DNA from: Styela clava
Taxonomy: Eukaryota
Direction: 5' to 3'
DNA: 64,000 nucleotides
Assembly (NCBI RefSeq): GCF_964204865.1
Contig: NC_135256.1
Location: 12,834,001 to 12,898,000 of the forward strand
This document shows, piece by piece, positions 10,865 to 23,600 of the stretch. Each line of letters starts with the position of its first letter. The stretch's first letter is position 1. Both the position numbers and the translations under genes were made by a program. Under the pieces are notes generated by a model. It did no database searches and was not told the origin of the DNA. It worked only from the letters and a program-made list of their open reading frames with translations.

Positions 10865-13800
10865 CAATGCTAATTTATTTATCTTTCATGACTGTTTGTA
10901 AACGGTTTCAGGAGAAACCAGTTTTAGATGTAAAGACATCACGACTATGCATTTTGTATCACTGACATCACTTCCTTTCGCCCTCTTTGTTCAATTATAC
11001 CGCCTAATAGAGTCAAGTAGGCTAAACACGAACATTTTTCCGCGATTGGAAATCGTTAGAAATTGTAAATATAAATCTCTGCAACATTCCCTACAACGAC
11101 AAATTCGAAGATCAAATTTATCAATTGTTTATACCATCACAATTTTTTTTACCATTATCTATATATAGTATATCACTGCCGAAATAAGTTGAATTTCATG
11201 TAAGGTTTCTGAGTGAATATCCAAGATTCTGGCATTGTATCATTGGTCATTGCAGTAAAATCATTAAATGGAGACTACATTCATACTCTGTAATAGTTCC
11301 TATACTCATGTGGACTACTATCGCTATGTTTAATATAATATGACCAAGCTAAAACCTGATTTTGCATATTTCGAAATTTCCATTCTGAGTGTGCATAAAA
11401 GATAATTTCCCTTTTAACAAAGGACTCTATTGTTTGCAGTGGTTTCTTCCGTCTACTTTAATTTTATGTGTTTTAATTATTATGTGTTGTGTTACTTATT
11501 CAGCATTCAGATAGAACAAAAAGCCTTTACTTGCAGCATATTTTACTTATTTTTGTACATATTGAAAATTTTTTCTTCCCAAGAAGCAATATATATTGAT
11601 AAATATCTTGCCAAGCTCAAATTTTTAAACAATAACAGTTTCCAAGCCTTTCTTTTCTTTGGAAAATTTGAGATTTTTTTATCTTGTTTTTCTCTAAAAT
11701 TCGGGGTAAGCAGTACGTTGAAGTTAATGTGCCCAGAAAGCATAATCTTTGAGACCCGCTACATCTCATCAGTTTGTTACATCCATTGATAAGTGAGATG
11801 TTGTGGGGAACTCTCTTCATAATTACGAGAGTCCGAAGCTTATACCTAGGACTGACGCACTATGTCAAATCAGTACCGTATTTCAATTTGAATCTGATGT
11901 TATTACGAAACACAAATTTACCAAAATGGTAATTTATTCTCTTCATTCGGCTCTTTTATTTTTAAAAAAGGCAGTTTAAACTATCAATGCATTGCCCTCT
12001 TATGCTTCAACGAAAAATCTATATAATAAGAGATAAATGCATGGTATTTTATTTTTTATTTTATTCTGTTGAATATGGGATCAGTATTTGTGCAATCACA
12101 CAACCAGCATGGGCTTGTAAATAAACGAAACTGTTTTATCGTCTTAAGTTTTGTGAATAAATTTTGTTTTAATTTCTGTAGAGAAGTATAGTTTATTGCT
12201 TATGGCAATGTCAAAATATTGGAGAATATCATAGGAATCTTTTACTTGTTTCATCGCATGTATACAAATTTGGCATAATATATCTCTCACAGTTGAGATC
12301 CTCATCAAATTGTTATTTTATTTACTGTAATATTGTTTCACGATTGACGAATTCACAATAAATTTAATAATTAATAAAAAGGAATTTTGAATAATATATA
12401 TTCATTTCATTTTTTGTTGTTGTCTTGAAGATAGGGGGTATTCTGATTTGACAATTGTGAAAAAGTTATCATTTATTAAAATATCCTGTAATGTTCATTG
12501 AAATTGCTTAAATTTTCAACGTTTTTCGCAGGACACCGAGTGCGTATGTTACAATTAGAAAAGCTATAAAACAAGGCGCTAGTCAGAAATTACCACGGGT
12601 TGCGAATGCGGACAAGGGACAACTAAAAGGGAAATTGATGCAAATTGTATGCAATTGATTCAAGTATTGTATGGCTGGGATAAAATTTGCCGGATGACTT
12701 AGGCAAATAGAATTGTCATAAAATCTTTTAAGGTATTTAGAATAGACAAAAAGAAAGCAGGCTGGGAAATTTAGGTGCGAATATACGGATTTTAAACAGG
12801 AATACCCAAATACTGACTTTTAAAGCATTTCAACCAAATGAAGTGCTAAAGTTTCAAACACTGGAGCTGGGAAGCCAGTTCAGTATCCATATCAGTGGCC
12901 AAATATCGACAGTGCTCACTACTATCTGAAATTATGCTATTTTGGATATTAAAAACATATTATGCAAAACCTTGTGACTTACAATACAAGGAAGTTATCA
13001 GTCATCTATGCAGTGCGAACGTTGCCACGCCTTTAGAATAGGAATTACATGTGGCAACAAACGACACTCTTTTTTATCACAATTTTGTTTTGTTAATTTT
13101 TATAATATGCTAGTATTACCTCAGATATATCTATTATAGGTAAATAATAAAAATCTTCAGCTGGTTATCAGATCATTAATTTGAGCGCTGTTCACGTCAA
13201 TCTAAAATGTTTACGGACCAAAATGGTACCATGGACCAAAATGGTTCGTATAATAATACATTGCATTTGGAAAGAACACCCTCTCTGACAACCGATTTAG
13301 GCAATTCTCTTTGTTTTGAATTGACTAATATGAAATAAACAAACATATGGTTAGCTGCCCTACCAGAGCATGAACGCGGATTGCTCTGTGTAATATCTGC
13401 GTAGGACGGGTGAGTCATGTGTTGTGATGGTGCGTATGAAAGGAAGTGGCAAAACTTATACCTTCCTGGAATATCTTATATGTAGCAACGCAACACTATA
13501 CACACGCATTACAATTTCGTTCTGCACATTGCCTATTGGACAACACCATGGCATTGTAACAATGAAAGAAACAACTCATAGAGAGCGATGAAAAGTTAAG
13601 CAGTGTTAGTTCGTATCCCCAGTATAAATAGTAGGAATTCAGTAGGCATATGTCGCTATTTATCAGTTCGATGAAAGGTCACATTATATTGTAATACTGT
13701 TTAGGTACCGTTACAGCATTGTTGCCAGGATTTTGTCAGTTTAGCGTTACTTATAAATTGAATGCAGTAATAAAAAGTTTCATAAGGATGTGAATAGCCA

Positions 13801-14827
13801 AAATTATGTATTCGAGGGACAAGTAAATGTAGCTACATAATTTAAACCATATTATTTTAAACCAAATTAGCTATGTTCCATACATATTAAAAAAAATAAG
13901 TGCAGAAATGAAAGAAAAAATACACTTTTGTTTTTGTCAGAAATTATTGTACATTCGTCAATATCACCATATGTGTGTATGTTGGCTGATTGGATATGAG
14001 GAACTGATTTATGGCAATTTATTCAACTAATGAAAAGACTACATTGAAATACTACAGGTGAGACAACTGACTTTTTAATTACAAAGTATCATGCAATAAG
14101 TATCTCAGTGCATGTCTCTCTCGTTCAACAATGTAAGTCATTATATACTTACTCATATTACAATATAGGATGTGCAAAGGTACTGTAACATTGTTACACA
14201 GTGAACAAACCATGATATTTACAAACATGAAAGTGTAGGTTGGTAGGCTACATCCTACGCAGTTTAGATAATTTTTATGAAATGAGCTTTCAATGTACAC
14301 TGATCAAAACTTTATCATTTTAACACTAAGAAAAATTCAATTGTATGGTAAATCAAAACAGACAAGAACAAAGCGTTTAACCAAGTGTCATCATCCATTA
14401 CCAGATTTGAAACAAGGGGCAATACCTTCTTATCGAATAGCCTTTATTGTCCAGGTGGGTCTGGGTCAAGGTTTGCAATTTGAGAAAGAGTGTCGTCTAC
14501 GTAGCTACAAACCGAGCAATTTACTAGATAAGATTATAAGTAGCTTTACGCTGTATAATATCATCTGCATGTTTTTGTACACTCGGAAGATTAAATCTAA
14601 GCGACAATTACTTTTTGTTTCGTCGTCTTATCAAATAAATAAATTCTTGGGCCTACTTAATCAAATACTAGTAGTTAATTTACACGCTCATTCGCGCGGT
14701 GATACAATTTCAGACGCCAAAACCTGGATATATCTGGATTGCGACTCGTTTATATAATGCATATCGACATTTAATGTAAAAACCAAAAACAACTCATATT
14801 TGACACGAATGTTACCTTGCAGGCAAC

Positions 14828-14940
14828 ATGGTATCTGAAAACATCGATCTTTCTTATCTGACGGTTGAAGAAAGGACAACGATTCTTAAAGTTCTAAACA
14901 GAGATGAGAAAATCAGAGAAACTGAGGAAAAAAGAGTCAA
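14828..14940 (+). CDS. Gene B coding exon 1: SHD1
   Basis: Acceptor CCTTGCAG (AG 14821-14822), ATG at 14828. Reads MVSENIDLSYLTVEERTTILKVLNRDEKIRETEEKRV, a near-canonical SHD1 (IDLSxLTxEExxxILKVLxRD). Phase-2 donor AA|GTATGA. A possible 5'UTR exon donor CAG|GTGAGA lies at 14057/14058. Confidence 0.92.
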
Positions 14941-15040
14941 GTATGAAAAAATGGATTAATTTTATTTCGTTGTTGAGGTCTATTTTGAAAGGGAATATAC
15001 CTATTTATTAAAACTTTTTGGAAATCGAAAAAAAAATTTA

Positions 15041-15150
15041 GGTACTCCTGAAGTATGCGCACCAAGATGTCGCACAACCTGAACCATGACCTGGTACACA
15101 GCCTGAGTTCAGGTCGTGCGCCCTCTTGGTGCGCATACTTCAGGAGATCC
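15041..15150. mobile_element. 110-bp palindromic MITE in gene B intron
   Basis: About 44-bp imperfect TIRs GGTACTCCTGAAGTATGCGCACCAAGATGTCGCACAACCTGAAC and GTTCAGGTCGTGCGCCCTCTTGGTGCGCATACTTCAGGAGATCC, with a 22-nt spacer. Flanks AAAAATTTA and AAAAATTAT resemble a decayed 8-9 bp TSD. Confidence 0.85.
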
Positions 15151-16153
15151 AAAAATTATTTATTGCTGTTTTGTTTTGCACGAGATTATATTTGCGAAAT
15201 ATTTGATAATACTGATTCCATTTTATCAAACTATATTTGGAATATTAAGATGTTTTCGTTTATGTATGTCCAGTGATCATTTCTAATCAACAAGACGGTT
15301 CCATATCTATAAAGCAGTAACATTGCAATGTGTAAATACCTCATGTGGTTTTGCAAAATCGTTATTGCAAATTGTATTTTCCTTGTTCATGTATCCCTTT
15401 GTTGTCGTGCTAAAATCCTTGCAGAAAGTTTCGATACCTACTAACAATATAGAAATTTCAATTTTGCCGTTGCAAACGATTATTGTCATGCAATCATGTT
15501 TGAATAGGTCGCAACAATAATTTCAAGTAGAAATACTATGTTATAAGGTGAGGGTATGAAGACTGCATTATTTCACGAAACAGAGAATGATTATTAAGTG
15601 TATGATGAAGTGTTTTATTTTATAATGCGAAACGCGATGCGAAAATACAGAATACAAACCAAAAACATTGAGTTGAAAATGACCATTGTAACAAATATGA
15701 AACTCAAATCAGACAGCAGGAAAGCGATATGCTAAACTGCCTTCTACTTTCGATATATTGTATGCAAAACTGCCTAACCTGCTAGAAAGCATGAGTCATC
15801 TTACATTCTTACTATGGCATTTTAGACATCTCGTAAAAGTCAGTCTAATGATATATATTTTTCAATGTCAATCAACAAGATCTAACAGATTATGGGATAA
15901 ATATGAATTTAATTAAGATTTGCATAGGAAAAGCTATTAATAACATTCAAATCTATGTTCAATTATATAGTTTGACTGTTTATTTCGAAGTGTACTGTCG
16001 TTCATGTAATAGTAAGTTTTTTTTTAGTTTTAGCGTAGCATCTTTAGATCCCTCAAACAACTTATTTAAATTCTATTCGGCAGCATTATGCAACTGGAGG
16101 CAGTTTTTATTCCACATAAATAATAAGTTATAAATAATATCTGTTGCTTTAAG

Positions 16154-16308
16154 AATACTTCGACGAAAGTCAGTGAACTTCGATAAAAAACAATTGACTT
16201 TTCTGAAAATATTTACTGGCGAATGGATAAAAGAGGTAGCAACAAGAGGCAAGAACTTCACTCTAGCAGCTAGTGGTCTCGTTAGGACACATCTCTTAAC
16301 AACAACCG
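16154..16308 (+). CDS. Gene B coding exon 2: SHD2 (155 nt)
   Basis: Acceptor TGCTTTAAG, phase 2 in, strong donor G|GTGAGT phase 1 out. Reads ILRRKSVNFDKKQLTFLKIFTGEWIKEVATRGKNFTLAASGLVRTHLLTTT with the TGEW motif. Same length and phases as gene A exon 2. Confidence 0.88.
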
Positions 16309-16431
16309 GTGAGTAACGTTTTTTTTTTTCAGGCTTGTAAAAATTTAATTCAGATGACTTGAAATGTTTTTTTTACTGTTTTGCAACATGCATGCTACTA
16401 TGGAGTGTTTTACTAACATCTTTATCAACCT

Positions 16432-16746
16432 TCGTGTTAGGCTTTAAGAATGCGCTTGACATCGCATCTCTGATTACCCTGCTTGGGTTCGCAGGTTAGA
16501 ATCTCATGGAGATATTTATGTGCGAGAGAACGGCTGGATCACCCTCGCTGCCAAAGGGTGATTCATGTAACCGCTGTTCGGTTACGGCTCCCTCCACCAC
16601 CAAGTCCATGCATCTGAAAAAATAACTGGCGTACTCATCCCATACCTGACTGGTGACGGACGAGAGGCCGCGGTTCGGTATATCATTCAGTCGTCTTATC
16701 GGCCTTCCTCTCCATCGGGATGAATTTGTAAATCCTCCTCCTCCTC
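16432..16746 (+). mobile_element. Probable tRNA-derived SINE in gene B intron
   Basis: GC-richer island in an AT-rich intron. Degenerate Pol III B-box GGTTAGAATCT at 16494, internal hairpin GTAACCG...CGGTTAC (16567-16585), and simple-repeat tail (CCT)n. The 5' boundary is approximate. Confidence 0.6.
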
Positions 16747-17117
16747 GTTTACACGATACCAACAGCTAATGCCGTGCTAAAGTGCAGTAGTTACTTAGCT
16801 CTATCTATACTGCCATAAGTTGAATAAAAAGTTTTCGCCTTTTGATAATAAAACTGTTTCTCTGGTCATATGAGATCGAATTGTTTCACGTCTCGTGGCA
16901 ACCTCTATCTACTGGCATCTCTACCGAAAAAATTAATCTGTATAAAGCACTTAGTAGTTATTAGTAGTCATTTACAATTATTCTATCGTCGCTGTTCCTC
17001 TTTTTAGTTGATTGTTGAGTTAGGTAATTTCTCAACATCTTTGCAACCACATGATTTATTAACCTAGTGATTTATTGTCACATCATTATTCATCTTCAAA
17101 GTGTTTTATATCTGCAG

Positions 17118-17168
17118 AAACAGTTACCACTGCACCGTTGGAAATCATAGAGACTACGACAGATATAA
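17118..17168 (+). CDS. Gene B coding exon 3 (51-nt phase 1-1 microexon)
   Basis: TCTGCAG acceptor and A|GTGAGA donor. Reads ETVTTAPLEIIETTTDI. Positional equivalent of the 57-nt microexon of gene A. Confidence 0.65.
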
Positions 17169-17603
17169 GTGAGACTTTAATTGCATGCACATTTTTATGA
17201 CTGAGTTGGGAGAGGGGTTCTGGACGTTTAACTGTAGCGTAGAAACCAGTTTTGGTCACTGTTATTGTTTTTGATATAGCATGACTCAATGCTAACTGAT
17301 CATTATAATTTCGATGTAGTGTTTACTAAAAGAATATTTCCTAATCTGACATAGAGAAATAAATATTTAAATATATATTTTATATCTTTAACGTGATGGT
17401 AGTAAACGTTTTTTAAATTCTGACAAAATATGAAACCTCTAGTAGTTTCTCCAAACAAAAAGTAGCTAAGGTTTACTAATGCATTCCAATATCGATTGTT
17501 CACCTTATTATACATGGTAAATATTGGTAAAACTTTGTAACTAATACTTGAGTTTAAAATCTAACAACATTTGTTTTCTAACACACAATCTTAAATTTGA
17601 AAG

Positions 17604-20600
17604 ACTACAAAAAATCCAATGATGCTTCAGATAAAGAGAAAATCAATACCACGATCCAAGAACAGTCCATCAACAGACCCAAGGACACTTCAGTAGTTGT
17701 TACCATAGACGTCAAAGGCAATGACGTGAAAATTACATCCAAAGTTGATACCACTGCACCCCAAACTTCTCAAATTGAAAATTTAGCCCAGGAAAAACAA
17801 CAAATAAGCTTCGACGAGCACATCGAAAAGAAACAGATAGCCGATAAGTCGTTCAGCGAAAGCGAAGAAAAAGGTTCTCCAAGTGCGAACGATCCCAAAG
17901 AAACATCTGAAATATCGAAAGAGTCTGAAACGCCACCAGAAAATCATTCGAATGAAGAAGATGATGATAAGGAAGGAAAAAGCAAAATCGCCGAATGGTT
18001 TTCAGACACGTTCTCCTCATGGAATATTGGGAAGGACAAAAAGGATGACGACCCCGATGAAGAGGCGAATGAAGAAACTATTGTACCAACAAACGTAAGC
18101 AATGAAAATGTACCGAAATCTGTTGGCGGAGACGAGAAAGAGACTAAAGATAAATTCGAAAACTTTGCGGACCTAATAAGCACTGAATTTGATTCGACTT
18201 TTGCCCGATTAGACGAAACTGTTGATAAAATCACCATAAAAGATTACGCAGAAAATGAGCCGGAGGTCGTTCCTGTCATTGTTCCATCCGAAGAGTATCA
18301 ACCAGATTTATTCGGAAGGTTACTCGCGCAACAAACTGATTACACACATACAACGGCGAAACAAGAACATATGCAGTATGAAAAAACACCCAATAAAATG
18401 AGTCACTTGGGTGATGAGTTCAACGACGCCGACGTTGACATATGTAGAAGTTTGGAAAGCATCACAGATGAACCGTGTGAGATTAACCTTTCAGATTTAC
18501 GCTCCGGAGATACAGTAGAAACGGAAGAAATTGTGTTATATGCAGCAACCAACGAAATATCTGCGACGACTACGCCATTTTTAGATGTTCATATTAGCAA
18601 TGTTATAGAAACCCAACAAACAATATCTGCAGAAAATTTGATTCTGTCTACTGATCAAGCAGAGGCAGACATAAACTCTCCAATTAAATCGGATAACGGT
18701 ACATTTTCATTTGAAAGCAAAAATACTGAATGGGTTGAAGACATTTCAACGTTTGAACATGTCACTGAAACTAATAGTGCGAATGTGTTAGAAAACGCTG
18801 ATTTGGCGAATGCTGACAGTATTTTTAGCAGTGATGGCCATAATGTCCAAACAACTCCTTATTTACCAATACCACTATACACCGATAATTTGGCTCCGAC
18901 AGGGTCAGTTTCAGATGATGGTTCATACGGAGATGATCCTCTTTCTCTTGTAGAATTTCTAGATTCCATACCATCAACAGATCAAAGCGAAGTGAAATTC
19001 GAAAACAAATTTGGCTTCGAAAAACAGTTATCTATTGACGAAATCACAAGTTCGCAATCGGTATTGAATGTGGTGGAAGATCTTCTGCACAATGTTGAAA
19101 AGTTGCAATTTGAAAGTGAGTTGGCCGATGAAATTTTGACTGAGGACAACGGTTCACAACTCACAAATCTCTTTATTAAAGACGAGGCCGATGATGACAA
19201 CATCAGCATTCCTGTGAAAGAAATATCGGAAAAGATGTCTTCAGACTCTGGTGATGTTCACGCTGTGAGTAATGTAATCGTTCATCCGAGCGAACAGGCA
19301 GGTGAAATAATTCAATCGCAAACCACAAATACATATAATGTAATTTCAGATTCGGCATTGAACCTTGCAGTCTCTCCATCTTCTGCCGAAAATAAAATCG
19401 CTGCACAATCAAAGGATCTAACATTGGATGAGTCAACTGAGCAAACCATTGACATAACGGATGTCGCTCAAGTACAGGAAGCATCCACCTCAGCGAACGT
19501 CAATGTATCTGCTGAACAAACAACAGTGATTCAATGTGACGATGATGGAAATGATTTATCATCCGAATACGACAACACAACAGCATATAATACATTTCCA
19601 CAATTTGCGATTCGTTCAGATGTAGATACATCAGAACAAAAGAAAATTGAAATCTATTCTCAAAAATCCAATGTTAAAGACATTCCACAAAACTATTTTC
19701 ACGATGATAACACCGACTCAGTATTACACAAAGAACACGATCCTGAACCAAGTTATGCTCCAGAAGATTATATCGACTCGACCGAAAAAATTCTTGAAAA
19801 ACAGATAGATATTACTAATATTGAAGCTTCGGCAATTTCTGAACAATCTCCACAAGGCTCAGTAGAAATACCGCTGCTTACGACTGAAGAAAGCAGCAGC
19901 TTAGTAATAACAGGTGAAACAATATTAGACCAAGATATCGAGGATTCCTCAAGTACAATTCCTAGCGAAAGCAACAGCCCTGATATGCCAACATACATGA
20001 AATTTACAGAATTCAGTGATATCACTATACCAGACACTGATTACAATGCTGGCTTTAAACCTCTATGCGAAGCAATAGAAGAAGAAGATGAAACTCAAAT
20101 AGAAGAATCTCCTATACAACCGAAAATTCCAACAATTTCTATATCAGACTATGACGAGGAGAAATACAGAGAATACAGTGAGCAGTTCGACAGTGATGAT
20201 TCTGAACTTTACATCAGCGAGGGGAATGATTATGAACAGTACTTTTATGATCAACAATACCATGTTGATGATGATGACACCATTCCACAATATTCAGATC
20301 CCAACAACGGCGGATTTGAATCCCATCCTGATGAGGAAGTCATCCTAGAGGAATCATATGATTACGGAGCTTCGGAAACTAGTTCACATACTATTACAGA
20401 TGTTCATGATGCAACTGGTGAAGTCAAAGATATGATAACAAATTACGAAACTCCCGGTAATCACGATTCTGATATGAGAATGAAAAGTGAATCCGATGAA
20501 GCATTAACAAGCACGAAAAAAATTGAAATTCCTGGAAGTGGACACAGAACAGAAGTGGAAAGTGATATTTCATATGATTTGCCGTTTGTAAATAACAATA

Positions 20601-23600
20601 CTGGAATTCTTGATGCTCAATCTGATGACCACAACATAGTGATAGACTCTGAAACACTAGATATAACTCTTACAAACGACGATGTCACTTTAACACCTAT
20701 CTCGCATGATACATTGTATAATGATACTGGATTAGTTGAACCTAATGTTTCCGAGATATCAGAAGGAACAAATGACGACATGGTAATATCAACTGAAATC
20801 ATTGATAAAGCGACATCAATAATAACAGACGCAATGTCCAAAGCTATGGAGAGTTTTCTCGATGCTGATCGAAATGCCGGTGTTCATAAGGATTCAGGGG
20901 ACATAGCACCATCCGATGGAAGCTATCAAGTCGTTACAATGTCGCTAAATAATGAAAATACCAACACACTGGACATTGCAAACAGTGAAGAAATTGGTAG
21001 GCCAGGTAATGACTTCAAATCTACGAATGAAAGCAGTGATCTCGAGGTTGTAGGTGGGGACATTCCAAGCTCTATACCTTTCGAAATACCGGAAGATATT
21101 TCTGATCTCAAAGAAATAGACATATTGACTAAGTCTGAAAACACAAATGAGGTACAAAAGTATACTGATCATTTTACTCTTGATGACGAAACTGGGAAAC
21201 AACGTGATGGTTCTATGACTGAGAACATTTACAGTCCGAGTCATAGACAAATTGAATTGATACAACAACTCGGGGCTGAGTTGGTTGAAACAGTAACGGA
21301 AGCTATCGAAGCACTTTCTGCTGAAGAATCTTCAGACGAACTTGCAGACGACAAACCAACTGATAAAACTCTAAGCACTGCAACAGATAAGTTTGTCAAT
21401 GAAAGAAAAGAATCACAATCTCCACCAAAAAGCAAAGAAATATACATGGAAAAAATACCTATTGCCAGAGAATCCGAATCTGCAAATGATTTGGACGTTG
21501 AAAACAAAAGAAATGATATATCCTATATTGAAGATGAGAATCAATCTGTATCTGAAAATTCCAAACCATTAGATGAGACAATTGACGATGAAGCAGAAAC
21601 AAGTGCAATGCCTATCTCTACAGCTGTCGTGTTAGATGATATTGCAGCAAAAATAGTATTAGAAGCGATTATGGAATCACCCCCTATTGGAACTATTCCT
21701 GATACGACCGATTCAACAGAATATTCCAATGAAGGGAATACATCTGAAACCCAAGAATTACATGATGTTCAAGCCGATGATCAAACTGTAAGTCATGTTT
21801 CGAAAGAAACAATACCTTCCAGCATATATGAAGATACCAAGCCAAACAAAGACAATTCTGACATTCCAGTCACTATGTTATCATCCTCCGAAGACGTGTA
21901 TCCATTATCTTCAGTTAACACACAAGAAACTACTGAAGACTATCATAAACCTAAATCCGGAGATAGCGTTACTATGAAAGAAAAAAAGTCAGTAAAGAAA
22001 ATAAAGAGTATAAAGATAAAGAAGTCAGGTCAAAGTATTAAAAGAAGTAAGATCTCCACAGATGCAGACATACAAACAACAACTAGTTCCGAAGACTTGT
22101 CTAATACTGAAAGAAAGTCAAGAGCATCGACGAAAAGAAAAGTTATAAAGAAAAAAACTGACGTTGCCGGTAAAATTAGCAAAGTGAAATCAAACGAAAA
22201 TAAAGAAGGACATGATATTGAAGCTGTGCAAAATCTTGAAGAAATTCAAGAGTCTATCGGTGAAAGTCAGCCGGCAGAAAGTTCAAACAGTGCGTCAGTT
22301 GATGCGCTAGGAGAGTCTCATATGGAGGAAAAACCGAATGATGTTGAAAAACAATCTTTGAATCTGGCTGGTGATATTGATCCAGATATACAAAACTCAG
22401 CCAGAGCACTTGAAAGTGATGAAATGCTTTCATTGGGGGATATATTGTTAGAACTGAGAATAAACAGTCTCTCTGATAAAACAAGAACTGTGTCTGATCC
22501 GATACGTATATGTGATTCTCCAGAATTGCGAAATAAAGTAACTCAAGCGGAAACTTCTGTTTTAGGTACAATGGCTGAAGATGATGGTTCCGCACACGTC
22601 GCCCCTGAAACAGGCATAAATACGGAAATGGGTGAAAGAAAAGAGACAGATGGCATGCTTGCCTTTTCTGGTGAAACTTATGATCTTCAACAAGAAACAA
22701 TCGAAGATACGGCTGCGGAATTGCAATCAAACACATTGCATGACGCTACGTCTGAGAAAGATTCAGATGAAATATCTGCGAGTAAATCCATCGAATCAGA
22801 CGAAGTTACTTTCATATCCGACACCGAAGGTTCACTTCCAGTGTTGCAAAAGACAGAAACTAAAAAGGAAGAAGATATAAATAAGCACGACATCGATAAT
22901 GAGTTTGTCGCACAAGATGCCGAAAATGTCGAAAGAAACGAGACGGAACATGAAATGTTTCACATGCAATCAATACCCGAGGAACCTGATAGCCAGGATG
23001 AAAATGCTGCTGCGTCAATACCTCAAGATTTACAATACAGTGAACACCCCGTGCTTGCTCCGATTAAAGAGGAAGAGGCCGACGAAATATATAAGTCAGA
23101 ATATAGTGACGCATCGAGTTCCATAACGGAGATCACAAAAGATACAATTTTATCTGTGACCTCAGTGAATTTAGAAAACGAACCCTCATCCCATATAGAC
23201 TCAGCAGACAGAGATACTTTGCACTCTGCAATTAATATGAGGGAATTAATTGATGATGAGGATGACAAACTTTCACTTTTTGACATCCTGGCAGAACTTA
23301 ACTATGAAGCAAATCCAATGACTGGGGACTTGCAAGATACAGAAAATCCAATTTTTTTGTCACAAACTGAGGAAAAGAGTGGTGAAAGGAAAGTTTGGTA
23401 TTCGGAAGAGAAATCTACTCATTTGTCCGCGGAAGAAAAGGATACGACCTCTGTCGTGTCTGAATACGACAATGACATTACCAGTCAAAAATTACATATC
23501 GCCGAACAAGAAGAAATAAAGTTTGCACCTCAAGATGTAAACGTCAATACAACACACGATGGATCAGACGACATAATAAAATCACCTCTAAGTACAATGT

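Noticed and set aside
14293-14757. 154-aa plus-strand ORF upstream of gene B
   Set aside because: No recognisable domain and intron-like composition. It probably lies in the 5'UTR intron of gene B.
17597-17603. ORF-track starts at TTG 17597, 9275 and 33718
   Set aside because: Non-ATG starts in a eukaryote. Phase-compatible splice acceptors explain these ORFs better as exons.
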